Shown here: positions 41,889 through 51,541 of the stretch, piece after piece | How the letters are laid out: every line of letters begins with the position of its first letter | Numbering within the stretch: position 1 is the first letter of the stretch | Source: a virus | DNA length: 64,000 nucleotides | IMG/VR virus record: IMGVR_UViG_3300042691_032761 | Reading direction: 5' to 3' (one strand) | The notes under the pieces: generated by a model | Told to the model about the DNA's origin: nothing | The model's database searches: none | The model's input: only the letters and a program-made list of their open reading frames with translations | Position numbers and translations under genes: made by a program

Positions 41889-42262
41889 ACATTCTCCTTG
41901 TTTGATCCGCAGATATTAGGACTCAGATATGGAAACATTTGATCGGCAACCTTTACTGCTTCTATGCAATTGCTTTTAGCCGCCAAATCTCTTGTTTGTT
42001 TCCATGATACAATAAGATCGAAGAACACGGCCTCTTTATCTGTTGTGTCAGAAGAAGATGGAACAACGGGGGTTACATTTAACTTATTGGTGGCGGGTAT
42101 TTTACTCTTGACATTAGTTACAATGTCGGAAATAATTTTTTGGACGGGGCTAAGTTTGTCCTTAAATAAGGCCCATAAAACTAATCCTGCTCCAGCATAT
42201 AAAGCCAGATCTAAAGTAGAGACTGACTTGCTAAATTCTTCAAAAGTTTGTGTGTAGTTCAT
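41885..42262 (-). CDS. Hypothetical membrane protein
   Basis: LALYAGAGLVLWALF hydrophobic segment. Confidence 0.6.
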   Translation of the reverse strand: MNYTQTFEEFSKSVSTLDLALYAGAGLVLWALFKDKLSPVQKIISDIVTNVKSKIPATNKLNVTPVVPSSSDTTDKEAVFFDLIVSWKQTRDLAAKSNCIEAVKVADQMFPYLSPNICGSNKENV

Positions 42263-42656
42263 TTTTTTCCTCTTTGTTAAAACCTTTTTTGATAAAAACT
42301 CCGGTATTTCTGAAAATAGTTACTGTAGCATCTATGGACGCGGCAACCATAATCATTAATATGCCTTTAACATACCTATGTATAATAGGTTCTATGAGCT
42401 GAGGAACAAAAGGAATATCAATGACTATAAAAACTCTATCATAAAAACTATTTAAGCAACTAAGCGCCAATGTTTTTTTATCTGATCCCGCTAAATCATT
42501 AGCAGTATGTTCTATTACTTGGACTATGCTCGCTGTAGCCAACTGCAACAGTTTCCACGCTTCACCAATGGCTATTTTTTTTACATGTCCTATGGATTCT
42601 TGAGTTTGTGAAATTAAAATTTCAGATTCTTTTTGAACTATTTCTTTTGGTGTCAT
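42240..42656 (-). CDS. Hypothetical protein, hydrophobic C-terminal half
   Basis: LAGSDKK motif followed by hydrophobic helices. Confidence 0.55.
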   Translation of the reverse strand: MTPKEIVQKESEILISQTQESIGHVKKIAIGEAWKLLQLATASIVQVIEHTANDLAGSDKKTLALSCLNSFYDRVFIVIDIPFVPQLIEPIIHRYVKGILMIMVAASIDATVTIFRNTGVFIKKGFNKEEKNELHTNF

Positions 42657-42963
42657 TTTTTTTACTTCTTTTTTTCCTAGTTTTGATTATCGCTGGCTTT
42701 GGAGTTGGCTCTACTGATGGCTTTGTTTCTGGTTGATTTGTCCGCCAAATTTTTTTGATTTCTGTTCTGCCTTTTATGTATCTAAAAAGTACGGTTAATT
42801 GTCCAACTATTAGTATTAAAGCTTCTAGACCTCTACTTGTTTCACTTATCAGATCTTCTTTTTGACTATTACTATCCAATAATCCTAGTAAATACAATCC
42901 ACTAAATAAAAAGCTCACTAAAGTGAACCAAAATTCACTGGTTTTGTACCCTGGTTTGATCAT
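42622..42963 (-). CDS. Holin-like two-TM protein
   Basis: KPGYKTSEFW, two TM helices and a highly basic C-terminal tail. Confidence 0.55.
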   Translation of the reverse strand: MIKPGYKTSEFWFTLVSFLFSGLYLLGLLDSNSQKEDLISETSRGLEALILIVGQLTVLFRYIKGRTEIKKIWRTNQPETKPSVEPTPKPAIIKTRKKRSKKNDTKRNSSKRI

Positions 42964-42968
42964 TGTTA

Positions 42969-43172
42969 TCAAGTGCCTTGAGTGCCGTCGCCATGGTAGT
43001 AACTTGGATCATCAAATCTAACATCAAATTTTGCTTGAATATCTGTTATTACCGGAGTATTATTCACATAAGCATCATATTTAGAATATTGTCCTGTCCA
43101 TGAGGTAGTAGTTATCATGGTTCCATTTTTAATATTATTAGCTGAAATTGCTTTTTGAATATCATTTGCCAT
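42969..43172 (-). CDS. Small hypothetical protein
   Basis: GGAG SD; 67 aa. Confidence 0.6.
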   Translation of the reverse strand: MANDIQKAISANNIKNGTMITTTSWTGQYSKYDAYVNNTPVITDIQAKFDVRFDDPSYYHGDGTQGT

Positions 43173-43204
43173 ATTTATTTCTCCATAAATTTATTTACAC
43201 CAAA

Positions 43205-43525
43205 CTATCTGTGCTCTATTCTATCTTCTAGTGCTTCTAATGTTTTGCCTAAAGTGGCAATTTGTATTTTTAATTCATTCATAACTTCTGTATTTTTTTG
43301 CAACATTTGGGTCAAAGCATTTTGTGTTTCTTTATTAATAGCCAATCTTTCCATTATAAACTGACGATCATGTAAATATGGAGATTTAGTTTCTATCATA
43401 TCTGCAACTTCTGATCTGGTTGCCATATTCTTCCCAATAGTAAACCAAAAACCTATCATTGTTACAATGATCCCTATGCTGGTCGTTGCTATATTTTCCC
43501 AGAAATGAATTATAGTTTCATTCAT
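43205..43525 (-). CDS. TM plus coiled-coil protein
   Basis: SIGIIVTMIGFWF followed by a heptad-rich C-terminus. Confidence 0.6.
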   Translation of the reverse strand: MNETIIHFWENIATTSIGIIVTMIGFWFTIGKNMATRSEVADMIETKSPYLHDRQFIMERLAINKETQNALTQMLQKNTEVMNELKIQIATLGKTLEALEDRIEHR

Positions 43526-43542
43526 AGTTTTAACCTTTCAAG

Positions 43543-43578
43543 AAAAAAAGCCACCAATACTTTGCAGTACGATGGCTT
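43543..43578 (-). terminator. Rho-independent terminator
   Basis: Minus strand AAGCCATCGTAC-TGCAAA-GTATTGGTGGC followed by T7. Confidence 0.7.
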
Positions 43579-43605
43579 GATTCCTTTGTAAAGCCTTAAG
43601 AATAA

Positions 43606-44172
43606 TTACCAGTTGGTTTTTGCTTTGTATTCTGAGTTAGCATCACTACCATAAACAGGATTTTTTGCACCAGCCATATAGACAATCTGACCAGGAGCGG
43701 ACTGAGTTGGTGTTGCTGCAACGTCTGTTGCTAGAGCGTCGGTAGCAACTGTTGGATTCTGGGTGGCACCGCTTTGGTTGTTGGCAAATTGACCAGTGTA
43801 GATATTCCATAGACCAGCTCTAATTGCAGTAGTAAATCTGCGTGTACGAAGTGTTTCAAGTTTATGAATACTTCTAACTAATGATGGCTGAGACGCGCCA
43901 CTTTGTAATACGCTATTGCTAACACCAGATAGTGTAGTGGTTAGTCTTTTTGCAATTGGTTTGGGATTGTCATATTTAAAAGTACCAGCGGATACGGCCT
44001 CGTCTGCCCAACTATTATCAATAACGGTTGAGCCAAAACCAGTATCCTGTGTTTTGCCTAATGTTACTTGATCTACTAGAGTGGTGGTAGAACCAACATT
44101 TATTGCTGCACCACCAGTATTTTTTGTGGATGTGGCTGTCGTACTACTGCCATTTTGTTGAATTGAGGCCAT
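43606..44172 (-). CDS. Thr/Ala/Ser-rich protein, probably virion structural
   Basis: Composition, GGAG SD and its own terminator suggest a highly expressed monocistronic gene. Confidence 0.55.
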   Translation of the reverse strand: MASIQQNGSSTTATSTKNTGGAAINVGSTTTLVDQVTLGKTQDTGFGSTVIDNSWADEAVSAGTFKYDNPKPIAKRLTTTLSGVSNSVLQSGASQPSLVRSIHKLETLRTRRFTTAIRAGLWNIYTGQFANNQSGATQNPTVATDALATDVAATPTQSAPGQIVYMAGAKNPVYGSDANSEYKAKTNW

Positions 44173-44267
44173 TTTAATCTCCATGAAAGATGGTATTGTA
44201 GTTCCATATCTATAATACCCCTAAAATTTGATTTTGATGGTATTTTAGTGTAAATTAATTTGACCTA

Positions 44268-44939
44268 TTATTTATTTATATGCAAACGACCAACTACTCT
44301 ACTTAAACTATTGATAGTAAAGCATTTTAAACCATATATATCAGAATTTTTACAAACATTAATTGCTTGCTTATCATTCCATATATTACCATTAGCAATA
44401 ATTTTTAGTTCTGGAACTTTTTTATTTACTAAAACTGTTGCTATGATATTATCTGATATATCGTCTAAAAATTGACCAGTTGAGGGGTAGATAGTTTGTA
44501 TTTTAAATCCAGATAAGATTTGAGCAACTTTATACATTAAATCTAGAGTAAAAACCCTGTACTCAAGAACATATCTTATTTCCACACTTTGTGATTCACA
44601 AAAATCTCTTATGGTAGAAATATCCTCTCTAAATTTGTCATATTTTCTATTGCATAAATAATAATTTGGAGCGACCATCTCTATGATCTTTGCCCCATTT
44701 TTAATTGCAAACTCTACATTAGATAATCTGGTTTTTAGATCAGATTGCCCATACGGATAGTCTATTATAGAAGATAATTTTGTATGAGAATTTTCTGGAA
44801 TCAAAGTTTTAGCTAATTTTAAATTGTGAGGAAACAAAGATATTGTTTGTGGTGAAAATTTAAGAGCTTGCAAAATAATTTCTTTTATTTCATTATCATT
44901 ACTTGCTATGTCATAATGACCAAATTCAATTTGTTTCAT
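44268..44939 (-). CDS. deoC: Deoxyribose-phosphate aldolase (DeoC) homologue, catalytic lysines missing
   Basis: IDYPYG, AIKNGAKIIEMV and IRYVLE motifs; YPSTG replaces KTSTG. Confidence 0.7.
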   Translation of the reverse strand: MKQIEFGHYDIASNDNEIKEIILQALKFSPQTISLFPHNLKLAKTLIPENSHTKLSSIIDYPYGQSDLKTRLSNVEFAIKNGAKIIEMVAPNYYLCNRKYDKFREDISTIRDFCESQSVEIRYVLEYRVFTLDLMYKVAQILSGFKIQTIYPSTGQFLDDISDNIIATVLVNKKVPELKIIANGNIWNDKQAINVCKNSDIYGLKCFTINSLSRVVGRLHINK

Positions 44940-44940
44940 T

Positions 44941-45627
44941 TTATTTTTTCTTTACATAGGTTTTTAGATAATCAATATTAGGAAACTGTTTAGTTCCTAA
45001 TACACCATCTGCAAACCCATATTGAACAGCTTCCTCTGCTGTTAATATCCAATCACACCTATTATTTAGTTGTGATTCTATGTGCTTTTTAACCATCATC
45101 TTTTTCCAATTTTTATGTTTACACAGAGGGCCTTCCATACACCTGTCTGTAAAAATATCTATCATTTTATGACATTCTTTTTCATTCCATTCAATGGAAC
45201 TGGCCGCGGCCTTTGAGTGTTCTCCATCCAGACTCAAAAATCCATAATGAATTAATAGATTTGTATTAGGCATTAGTATTCTGAGATTTGCGGACTGCAA
45301 TAGTACTCCGCTGGAAGATTCTGCTTTTGCATATGCCAAGATGATAATCTTTGCTTTAGATAATTTAATTGTATCATACATACCAAGACAATCTTGCCAG
45401 TCTCCTCCTGGTAAATGCATATGTATTAGTATTGGCTCTAAAGATAATGTATTTAAGTATCTAATATTTTTTTCCAAAGTTACAGCACTTCTGTAATCAA
45501 CACCACCTTCTTCTTCGTCTCCATGGTATGAGTGAAGATAAATTTCTCTATTACAAACATCAATATTGTACAGATGTATGGAGTTAAGAGAGGTCTCTAT
45601 TGCTGTTTTTTCATTTGTATTTGTCAT
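44941..45627 (-). CDS. clpP: ClpP-like serine protease
   Basis: REIYL, HLPGG, AESS (Ser), IHYG (His) and DWILTAEEAVQYGFAD (Asp). Confidence 0.85.
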   Translation of the reverse strand: MTNTNEKTAIETSLNSIHLYNIDVCNREIYLHSYHGDEEEGGVDYRSAVTLEKNIRYLNTLSLEPILIHMHLPGGDWQDCLGMYDTIKLSKAKIIILAYAKAESSSGVLLQSANLRILMPNTNLLIHYGFLSLDGEHSKAAASSIEWNEKECHKMIDIFTDRCMEGPLCKHKNWKKMMVKKHIESQLNNRCDWILTAEEAVQYGFADGVLGTKQFPNIDYLKTYVKKK

Positions 45628-46034
45628 ATATTACACAGTTTTTTTTCTATAGATTGCATGACCTGTCTGTCTTGAAACGCCTTTCCTATTCCTATTCTAA
45701 ATCTGTATCTTGTAAAGATATCTAATGTTTCAACACCATCTGTTGTTTCTATTAAATATGCAATACTATCTACAATAGTAAAATTTGTATGTCCTGTCCA
45801 GAAATTGAATATTTTGCTACTAGCAGTATATTCATTATATGGAATGATACCCATTGGGGTTGCTATAACTCTTACTGGATCTGATCTTTTTACCAAGTTT
45901 TCTTGATCGTCATCAGTTTCTTCTGAAAAATCTCCGTCCTCAAAGAAATTATCATCATCAACATTTATTTCATTTTCATCATAGCCGATAAAAGGATCTC
46001 TCCATTTTTCCCATATTATTTTTTTATCATTCAT
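45624..46034 (-). CDS. Hypothetical protein
   Basis: WEKWRDP, an acidic tract, FWTGHTNF and TRYRFRIGIG. Confidence 0.6.
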   Translation of the reverse strand: MNDKKIIWEKWRDPFIGYDENEINVDDDNFFEDGDFSEETDDDQENLVKRSDPVRVIATPMGIIPYNEYTASSKIFNFWTGHTNFTIVDSIAYLIETTDGVETLDIFTRYRFRIGIGKAFQDRQVMQSIEKKLCNI

Positions 46035-46038
46035 GATA

Positions 46039-46452
46039 TTACTTATTTTTAAAGACATTAATAGGTCTAATGACTGGCATCTTATTTTTTTTCTCTTCTT
46101 GTTTTTTAACTTGGTATTTTGCTTTCCAGAAAAACAAAACATTAGTCATAAATAAATTATCGTTTTCTGAATTTTTTGATAGAACCTCCATTGATTCCAA
46201 TATCAAGTCTTTGATATAATTATTATCACCACAAAAATCATTTAGTAAAGCGGCGAAACTCTCCGCTTGCTCCAAAAAATCTTTTTCTTTCTCCACAAAG
46301 CTATAGGGATGAATTTTTATTAAAGGAATTATATTTTCTGTTTTCAGATCAAATATAAAGTGTAATTCAATTATATCTTTATTATTATGTGAAAGAATAA
46401 TATTATTTGTTTTATTTTTTGGAAATATTATATTCTTGATATGTGATATCAT
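46039..46452 (-). CDS. Hypothetical protein
   Basis: Co-oriented ORF. Confidence 0.5.
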   Translation of the reverse strand: MISHIKNIIFPKNKTNNIILSHNNKDIIELHFIFDLKTENIIPLIKIHPYSFVEKEKDFLEQAESFAALLNDFCGDNNYIKDLILESMEVLSKNSENDNLFMTNVLFFWKAKYQVKKQEEKKNKMPVIRPINVFKNK

Positions 46453-46453
46453 C

Positions 46454-46816
46454 TTATAACTTTTTTAGTATAGAACTAGTTTTTAACAAAGTATCCGAAT
46501 TGATCCAAAAGGACTTGTATATTTTTGTATCAAATGGCACCATACAGCCATAAAATATTTTTGTCATTATATTCTGTCCATCCGATACAATCTCATAATC
46601 AATTAATTTAATATTCAACCATCTATGATCTAAATAAACATGTTTCGACAATAGTTCTTCAATAAAAAATTCTTTATTTCGATCCATTAACTTATTAGGA
46701 TCTATTTTGGATACATCTAAATAAGGTAGTATCAATTCATTTTCAGCAGTGGATAGCAAATAAAAAGCATTATTTTTTACAGAATAAACTAATAGCTCTA
46801 TTGATACGTTTAACAT
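46454..46816 (-). CDS. Hypothetical protein
   Basis: Co-oriented ORF. Confidence 0.5.
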   Translation of the reverse strand: MLNVSIELLVYSVKNNAFYLLSTAENELILPYLDVSKIDPNKLMDRNKEFFIEELLSKHVYLDHRWLNIKLIDYEIVSDGQNIMTKIFYGCMVPFDTKIYKSFWINSDTLLKTSSILKKL

Positions 46817-47370
46817 AATGTTTTTAATATTTTAAGACCCTTATTGATATTTTGTCTTACAGCTTCTCTTGTAACGCCGTATTTCTTTCCTATATCAGAC
46901 AAGGTTTTATCATCATAATAATATAGTCTAATCTGTTCTCTTTGTTTAACAGAAAGTGGGGCTATATCGAGAAGAATTTTAACATCTCTGATCAGATTGT
47001 TTTCAGCTTCTTGTTTTTCTACAACTTTTGATGGATTATCATAGTCAATATATTCTGAATTTTCTATTATATGATCCATTTGTTTTTTTTGTTTTTTGTT
47101 CTTTTTATACTTTTGCGTTACATAAGTTTTAATTGCCCATATAGCGCATTGATTTCTGTAAGAATATAAACTTTTACCTTTTCCAGATTTTGTTCCTTTT
47201 CTATCCTTATCCCAATTCCAATCCGCCATCATGATCGCTTCTGCTATCTCATAAACTGTTTCGTCGTTAGATAGCATTTCTTTCACTAAAGATGGATACA
47301 TTTTAGATCCAAATTTAGATATCGTTTTTTTAGCTATAGTCGTATAATTAGACAGAGTATCAAATTCCAT
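46810..47370 (-). CDS. Sigma70-family sigma factor (phage-type)
   Basis: Region-2-like SLYSYRNQCAIWAI; region 4 HTH TLSDIGKKYGVTREAVRQ; AAGGAGG SD. Confidence 0.8.
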   Translation of the reverse strand: MEFDTLSNYTTIAKKTISKFGSKMYPSLVKEMLSNDETVYEIAEAIMMADWNWDKDRKGTKSGKGKSLYSYRNQCAIWAIKTYVTQKYKKNKKQKKQMDHIIENSEYIDYDNPSKVVEKQEAENNLIRDVKILLDIAPLSVKQREQIRLYYYDDKTLSDIGKKYGVTREAVRQNINKGLKILKTLC

Positions 47371-47407
47371 AGTTCCTCCTTATAAGTCCTTCGGTCAATT
47401 AATATAA

Positions 47408-47893
47408 TTACTTGGTTAGTTTTTTCCACTGATCACTATCTGGTCTGTCCTTATCTCCAGGCTTTGCTGGCTTATAATTCTTTCCCATTTTTTCTTTTTT
47501 CTTACGAATATTTTCCCATAATCCCGGAAGATTCTTTGCTGCTTCCGCACCCTCTGTATCGGTTTCTGTTTCGCCATACATTAGAAAATTATGGATCGTA
47601 AGCATATAATCTTCTGTTACAGCGATTTTACCCTGTAACCAACTTTCGGTCAAGCCTTCTTTTACAGAGCCGCTCTCTACAGCGTCCACTATGGCTTGTG
47701 CGTGTTGAGCAATAGATTTGATTGACCCTAGGCTCATTGTATAAAAATCATATTTATATTCCATAAGTTCCATTTCTGGACTTTCAACTTCTATTTCTTC
47801 TACTTTTGTAAAGTCATTTTCTGCTTTTGTTTTTTGTGCAGTCTCTGAGACTGTCTTTGTAATTGATTTTAGTATTTCATGAATTCTATCCAT
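47408..47893 (-). CDS. Hypothetical phage protein
   Basis: ESWLQGKIA and GLWENIRKKK...PAKPGDKDRP modules. Confidence 0.6.
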   Translation of the reverse strand: MDRIHEILKSITKTVSETAQKTKAENDFTKVEEIEVESPEMELMEYKYDFYTMSLGSIKSIAQHAQAIVDAVESGSVKEGLTESWLQGKIAVTEDYMLTIHNFLMYGETETDTEGAEAAKNLPGLWENIRKKKEKMGKNYKPAKPGDKDRPDSDQWKKLTK

Positions 47894-47917
47894 TATATTA
47901 TCTCCGTATTAATAAAA

Positions 47918-48427
47918 TTACCACGCTTTACAAGACCAATATCTTGCTTTCCATTTTGGGCCTGGATTGTCGCAATTGTGTCTGGCTCTAAAACTTCTGC
48001 GTCTTTCTGGAATATTTTTTTTGATTGTCATATTAGGATCACCAAAATTGACCTTGACAACATTTCCGCTTTCATTTTTGACATAAACACTAAATTTTTT
48101 GGGACCATCTGGTGTTCTGAAAGGCTTGTTCAAGGTCACTTTGCGTCCATTTTTTTCAGCCGCTATTACCTTTCCATCTTCATCATAAATTTCTGATGCT
48201 TCAATTTCCCATACAAATTCATCCCATTCATCATCCCACGAACAATTATTAGCAAAAAGTTCATCGTGAACTTCTTCTAATAAATTTCCTTTGGTTCTGG
48301 TACCACCCAAACAAATAGCAACTCTTTGCTTGCTATCTGGATAGTCTTTTTTCATTATTTCGCTACTCATGCAGCGACTAACATATTTCTGCTTGTCTTC
48401 GTTTGGTTTTTTTTCTGGAATGGGCAT
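47918..48427 (-). CDS. DUF6321-like phage protein
   Basis: KKFSVYVK...KVNFGDPNM...RRSFRARHNC...ARYWSC. Confidence 0.7.
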   Translation of the reverse strand: MPIPEKKPNEDKQKYVSRCMSSEIMKKDYPDSKQRVAICLGGTRTKGNLLEEVHDELFANNCSWDDEWDEFVWEIEASEIYDEDGKVIAAEKNGRKVTLNKPFRTPDGPKKFSVYVKNESGNVVKVNFGDPNMTIKKNIPERRRSFRARHNCDNPGPKWKARYWSCKAW

Positions 48428-48443
48428 ATATTATCTCCTATAT

Positions 48444-49532
48444 TTATATACACTTTAAAAGTTGATCGACAGAATTCTTCCAAGAAAACTTTTGGCCTGT
48501 TTTTATGCCTTCTGGATTTTTTCTGGTTTTGGCTTTATACATCTGTCTCATTAATTCTACAGCATGATCTAATTGACTATCTCCTAATTTAGCCCAATTC
48601 CCTGTTCCAAAGAACCATTTTCCGTCATATGCTGGTTCAAGTTCTGTAATGTCAATTAGATTAGCATTATCTTTATTACAAAATTCTGTATGCGCAGAAT
48701 AATTTGTCGTAATAATTGGCTTACCCATGCTCATCATTTCCAGCAACTCCAAATTCCATCCTTCTGCTCTTGAAAGAAAAATACCACAATCAGCCCTAGA
48801 CATTTTTTCTGCAACATCTTTTTGTGTTTTGACTCGGGGAATAATAGTGATTTTATCTTTTAAAGGAGATGTTAGATAATAATTATGCCAATCTGTTAAT
48901 TCTTTTTCAGAAAAACATGTTTTATCCGACGATGCCGCTATCCATAATTCTACATTGTCATCTTTAGTAAATGCTTTAGTAAAAACTTGTAATAAAACGT
49001 CATATGCTTTTCTTATTTCCCATTTTCCTCCAACCATAAAAATATATGGATCATCATCATTTTTGTCTTTACAAATGTTATGATCAAAAATATCTGTATT
49101 AACACCCAGAGGTACTACATCTATCTGAGAATTTATATTTTGATTAATTAATATGTCTTTTGCCCACTGTGATGCAACAATCAGTCTATCAGGAACTTTG
49201 AGATGGATTAATTCTCTAGGATTAAAAGTATCCAATTCAAAAAATGGAAAAGCAATATATTTACCAGTTCCTATTCTTTCTGCAAGATCAAATTGGTGCC
49301 AAATTTTGATACAGGTTCCTTTAGGGTCAAAATTTTTTACTACCATATCATGTAACTGTTTGCTTTCCTCTTCTGAATCCAGTTTTGGCACGTCTCCAAA
49401 TTTCTGGACACTAATTGGAAATACTGTGAGATCTATATCTTTTCTACCATATAGCTCTTTAGCTATATTCCAACCAACGACTCCATAACCAGTATACCCT
49501 ATTGGACTATTTATCAGTATTGATTTATTCAT
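48444..49532 (-). CDS. Glycosyltransferase family 4
   Basis: TGYG, GKWEIRK and SRAEGWNLELLEMMSMG motifs. Confidence 0.88.
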   Translation of the reverse strand: MNKSILINSPIGYTGYGVVGWNIAKELYGRKDIDLTVFPISVQKFGDVPKLDSEEESKQLHDMVVKNFDPKGTCIKIWHQFDLAERIGTGKYIAFPFFELDTFNPRELIHLKVPDRLIVASQWAKDILINQNINSQIDVVPLGVNTDIFDHNICKDKNDDDPYIFMVGGKWEIRKAYDVLLQVFTKAFTKDDNVELWIAASSDKTCFSEKELTDWHNYYLTSPLKDKITIIPRVKTQKDVAEKMSRADCGIFLSRAEGWNLELLEMMSMGKPIITTNYSAHTEFCNKDNANLIDITELEPAYDGKWFFGTGNWAKLGDSQLDHAVELMRQMYKAKTRKNPEGIKTGQKFSWKNSVDQLLKCI

Positions 49533-50634
49533 ATAATTTATTGTGTGTATTGTTTACTTGGATGAAAGTTGTTTTTTTGCCAAAATCTTTAATTTTATTG
49601 GCGCCAATATAAGTGCAAGCACTTCTTATGCCTCCGTAAATATCTTGAATAATTTTTTCTGCTTTACCTTTATATTGGACAATGGCACATTTGCCTTCTG
49701 CTGTTCTGTAATCAGCGATGCCATTATGATGTTTCTCCATAGCATTTTTACTACTCATACCATAGTATTGCAAAGATGCCTTACGTTTAGTATTGTTGTT
49801 TTTAGGATCAATCGGTTGCCACGAACCTAATGAGGTAAGGTATTCATACGTCCATTCTCCTTCACACTCATCCACTCCTGCAAACATACTTCCCAACATA
49901 ACAAAATCACTGTTACCTCCAAATGCTTTGCAAACATCTCCTACTACTTTGCATCCTCCATCAGAACAGATATGACCACCAAGACCATGAGCAGCATCAG
50001 AGCATTCCATTACAGCACTCAGTTGTGGGTATCCTACGCCCGTTTTTAAACGAGTGGTACATACACTACCCGAACCTATACCAACCTTGACTATATCAAC
50101 TTTGCCATGAATGATCAATTCTTCGGTCATTTCTGGAGTAACAACATTTCCAGCCATAATAACTGACTCTGGAAATAAGCTACGAAGTTTATGTGCTGTT
50201 TTTACAAATTGTTCTGTGTAACCATTGGCTACGTCTAGGCAGATATTAGGAGTATCAAAATTGTATTTTTTGATTTGACCAAATACTTCTATTGCTTTAT
50301 TGATATCTTTTTCACTAGTACCAACAGAATAAAAGGCAAGATTTTTGTTTACAATACTAGGATCTGTATAAAAAGCGACATATTCATTGGTCTTATAGTG
50401 TTTATGCAAACAGGTTATTGCTCCTTGAAGCCCTAATGATTTTGCCATAGCAAAAGTTCCAACAGTATCCATATTAGCAACCATGATTGGCACTGCTAAT
50501 AATTTTCTTGGAGAATACTTAAATTTAAACTCTCGTTGGATACAAACTTCTGAGCGACTGTTCAGTGTTGATCTTTTTGGACGAATTAATACATCATCAA
50601 AATCTAATTTTGTTTCATTAATTATTTTTTGCAT
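49525..50634 (-). CDS. guaC: GMP reductase
   Basis: [29 protein letters not shown] and [13 protein letters not shown] motifs. Confidence 0.93.
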   Translation of the reverse strand: MQKIINETKLDFDDVLIRPKRSTLNSRSEVCIQREFKFKYSPRKLLAVPIMVANMDTVGTFAMAKSLGLQGAITCLHKHYKTNEYVAFYTDPSIVNKNLAFYSVGTSEKDINKAIEVFGQIKKYNFDTPNICLDVANGYTEQFVKTAHKLRSLFPESVIMAGNVVTPEMTEELIIHGKVDIVKVGIGSGSVCTTRLKTGVGYPQLSAVMECSDAAHGLGGHICSDGGCKVVGDVCKAFGGNSDFVMLGSMFAGVDECEGEWTYEYLTSLGSWQPIDPKNNNTKRKASLQYYGMSSKNAMEKHHNGIADYRTAEGKCAIVQYKGKAEKIIQDIYGGIRSACTYIGANKIKDFGKKTTFIQVNNTHNKLYE

Positions 50635-50635
50635 T

Positions 50636-51541
50636 TTATATTCTTATATTTGGATAGTTACTTATAAAATAATTTACAGTCTCTTTGATACCTTGCTCAA
50701 TTGAAGTAAATTCATATTCAGGAAAATAGGACTTAAACACACTGTTGTCCGAGGATCTTCTTTTTGCCCCTTCTGGTTTTGTTTTATCAAAAATAATGTT
50801 TCCAGAAAATTCCATGTATTCACTTATTAATTGAACTATATGTTTTATTCTTACAGTATTTTTTGGAGATATTATCATAAGATCGCTTGTATCATTTTGG
50901 CGATAACACATATTTTTTATTATATCGGCTACGTCTGCAGCATAAACAAACTCTCTTTCTGCTTCTCCGGATCCCCAAATTATAAAATCTTCTCTTTTTT
51001 GTTTTGCTACAAAACATTTATGTATTAGTCCAGGAATTACATGGCTATTTTCCAGATCGAAATTATCGTACATTCCATACATATTACACGGGACTATTCT
51101 TTTTACTTTGACTCCATATTGGTTATATACGCATCTTGCTCCTATGTCAAGCATTCTTTTTGCGTATCCATAACCCAAGTTTGTGGCGTGTGGTTCTGCT
51201 GTATGAAGATCGGATTCTGTAATTGGCTTATCATCATAATTTGGAAACACACATATAGATAATAATAAAATTGTATCATTTAATTTATACTCGGCACAGG
51301 CCCTTAAGATATTTAAATTAATCAATGCGTTCTCCATAAAAAAATCATATGGATACTTTGAATTGGCAGAGACTCCTCCTACCTTAGCGGCACAATGTAT
51401 TATTTGACTGATTTCATTTTTTTCAATGTACCTACACAAATCGTCATAATCTTTATAATCCAATTCACTTTTGCTTGGTTTTAATCCAAAATTTATATAT
51501 GATCCAAGCATTCCACCGGATCCTGTTATTAATATGCTCAT
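50636..51541 (-). CDS. fcl: GDP-L-fucose synthase / ColC-like epimerase-reductase
   Basis: HCAAKVGG, YGYAKR, SHVIPGLI and WGSGEAEREF motifs. Confidence 0.85.
   Translation of the reverse strand: MSILITGSGGMLGSYINFGLKPSKSELDYKDYDDLCRYIEKNEISQIIHCAAKVGGVSANSKYPYDFFMENALINLNILRACAEYKLNDTILLLSICVFPNYDDKPITESDLHTAEPHATNLGYGYAKRMLDIGARCVYNQYGVKVKRIVPCNMYGMYDNFDLENSHVIPGLIHKCFVAKQKREDFIIWGSGEAEREFVYAADVADIIKNMCYRQNDTSDLMIISPKNTVRIKHIVQLISEYMEFSGNIIFDKTKPEGAKRRSSDNSVFKSYFPEYEFTSIEQGIKETVNYFISNYPNIRI

Noticed and set aside
47879-48196. 105-aa plus-strand ORF
   Set aside because: It lies antisense to the conserved DUF6321-like gene in an otherwise all-minus region.
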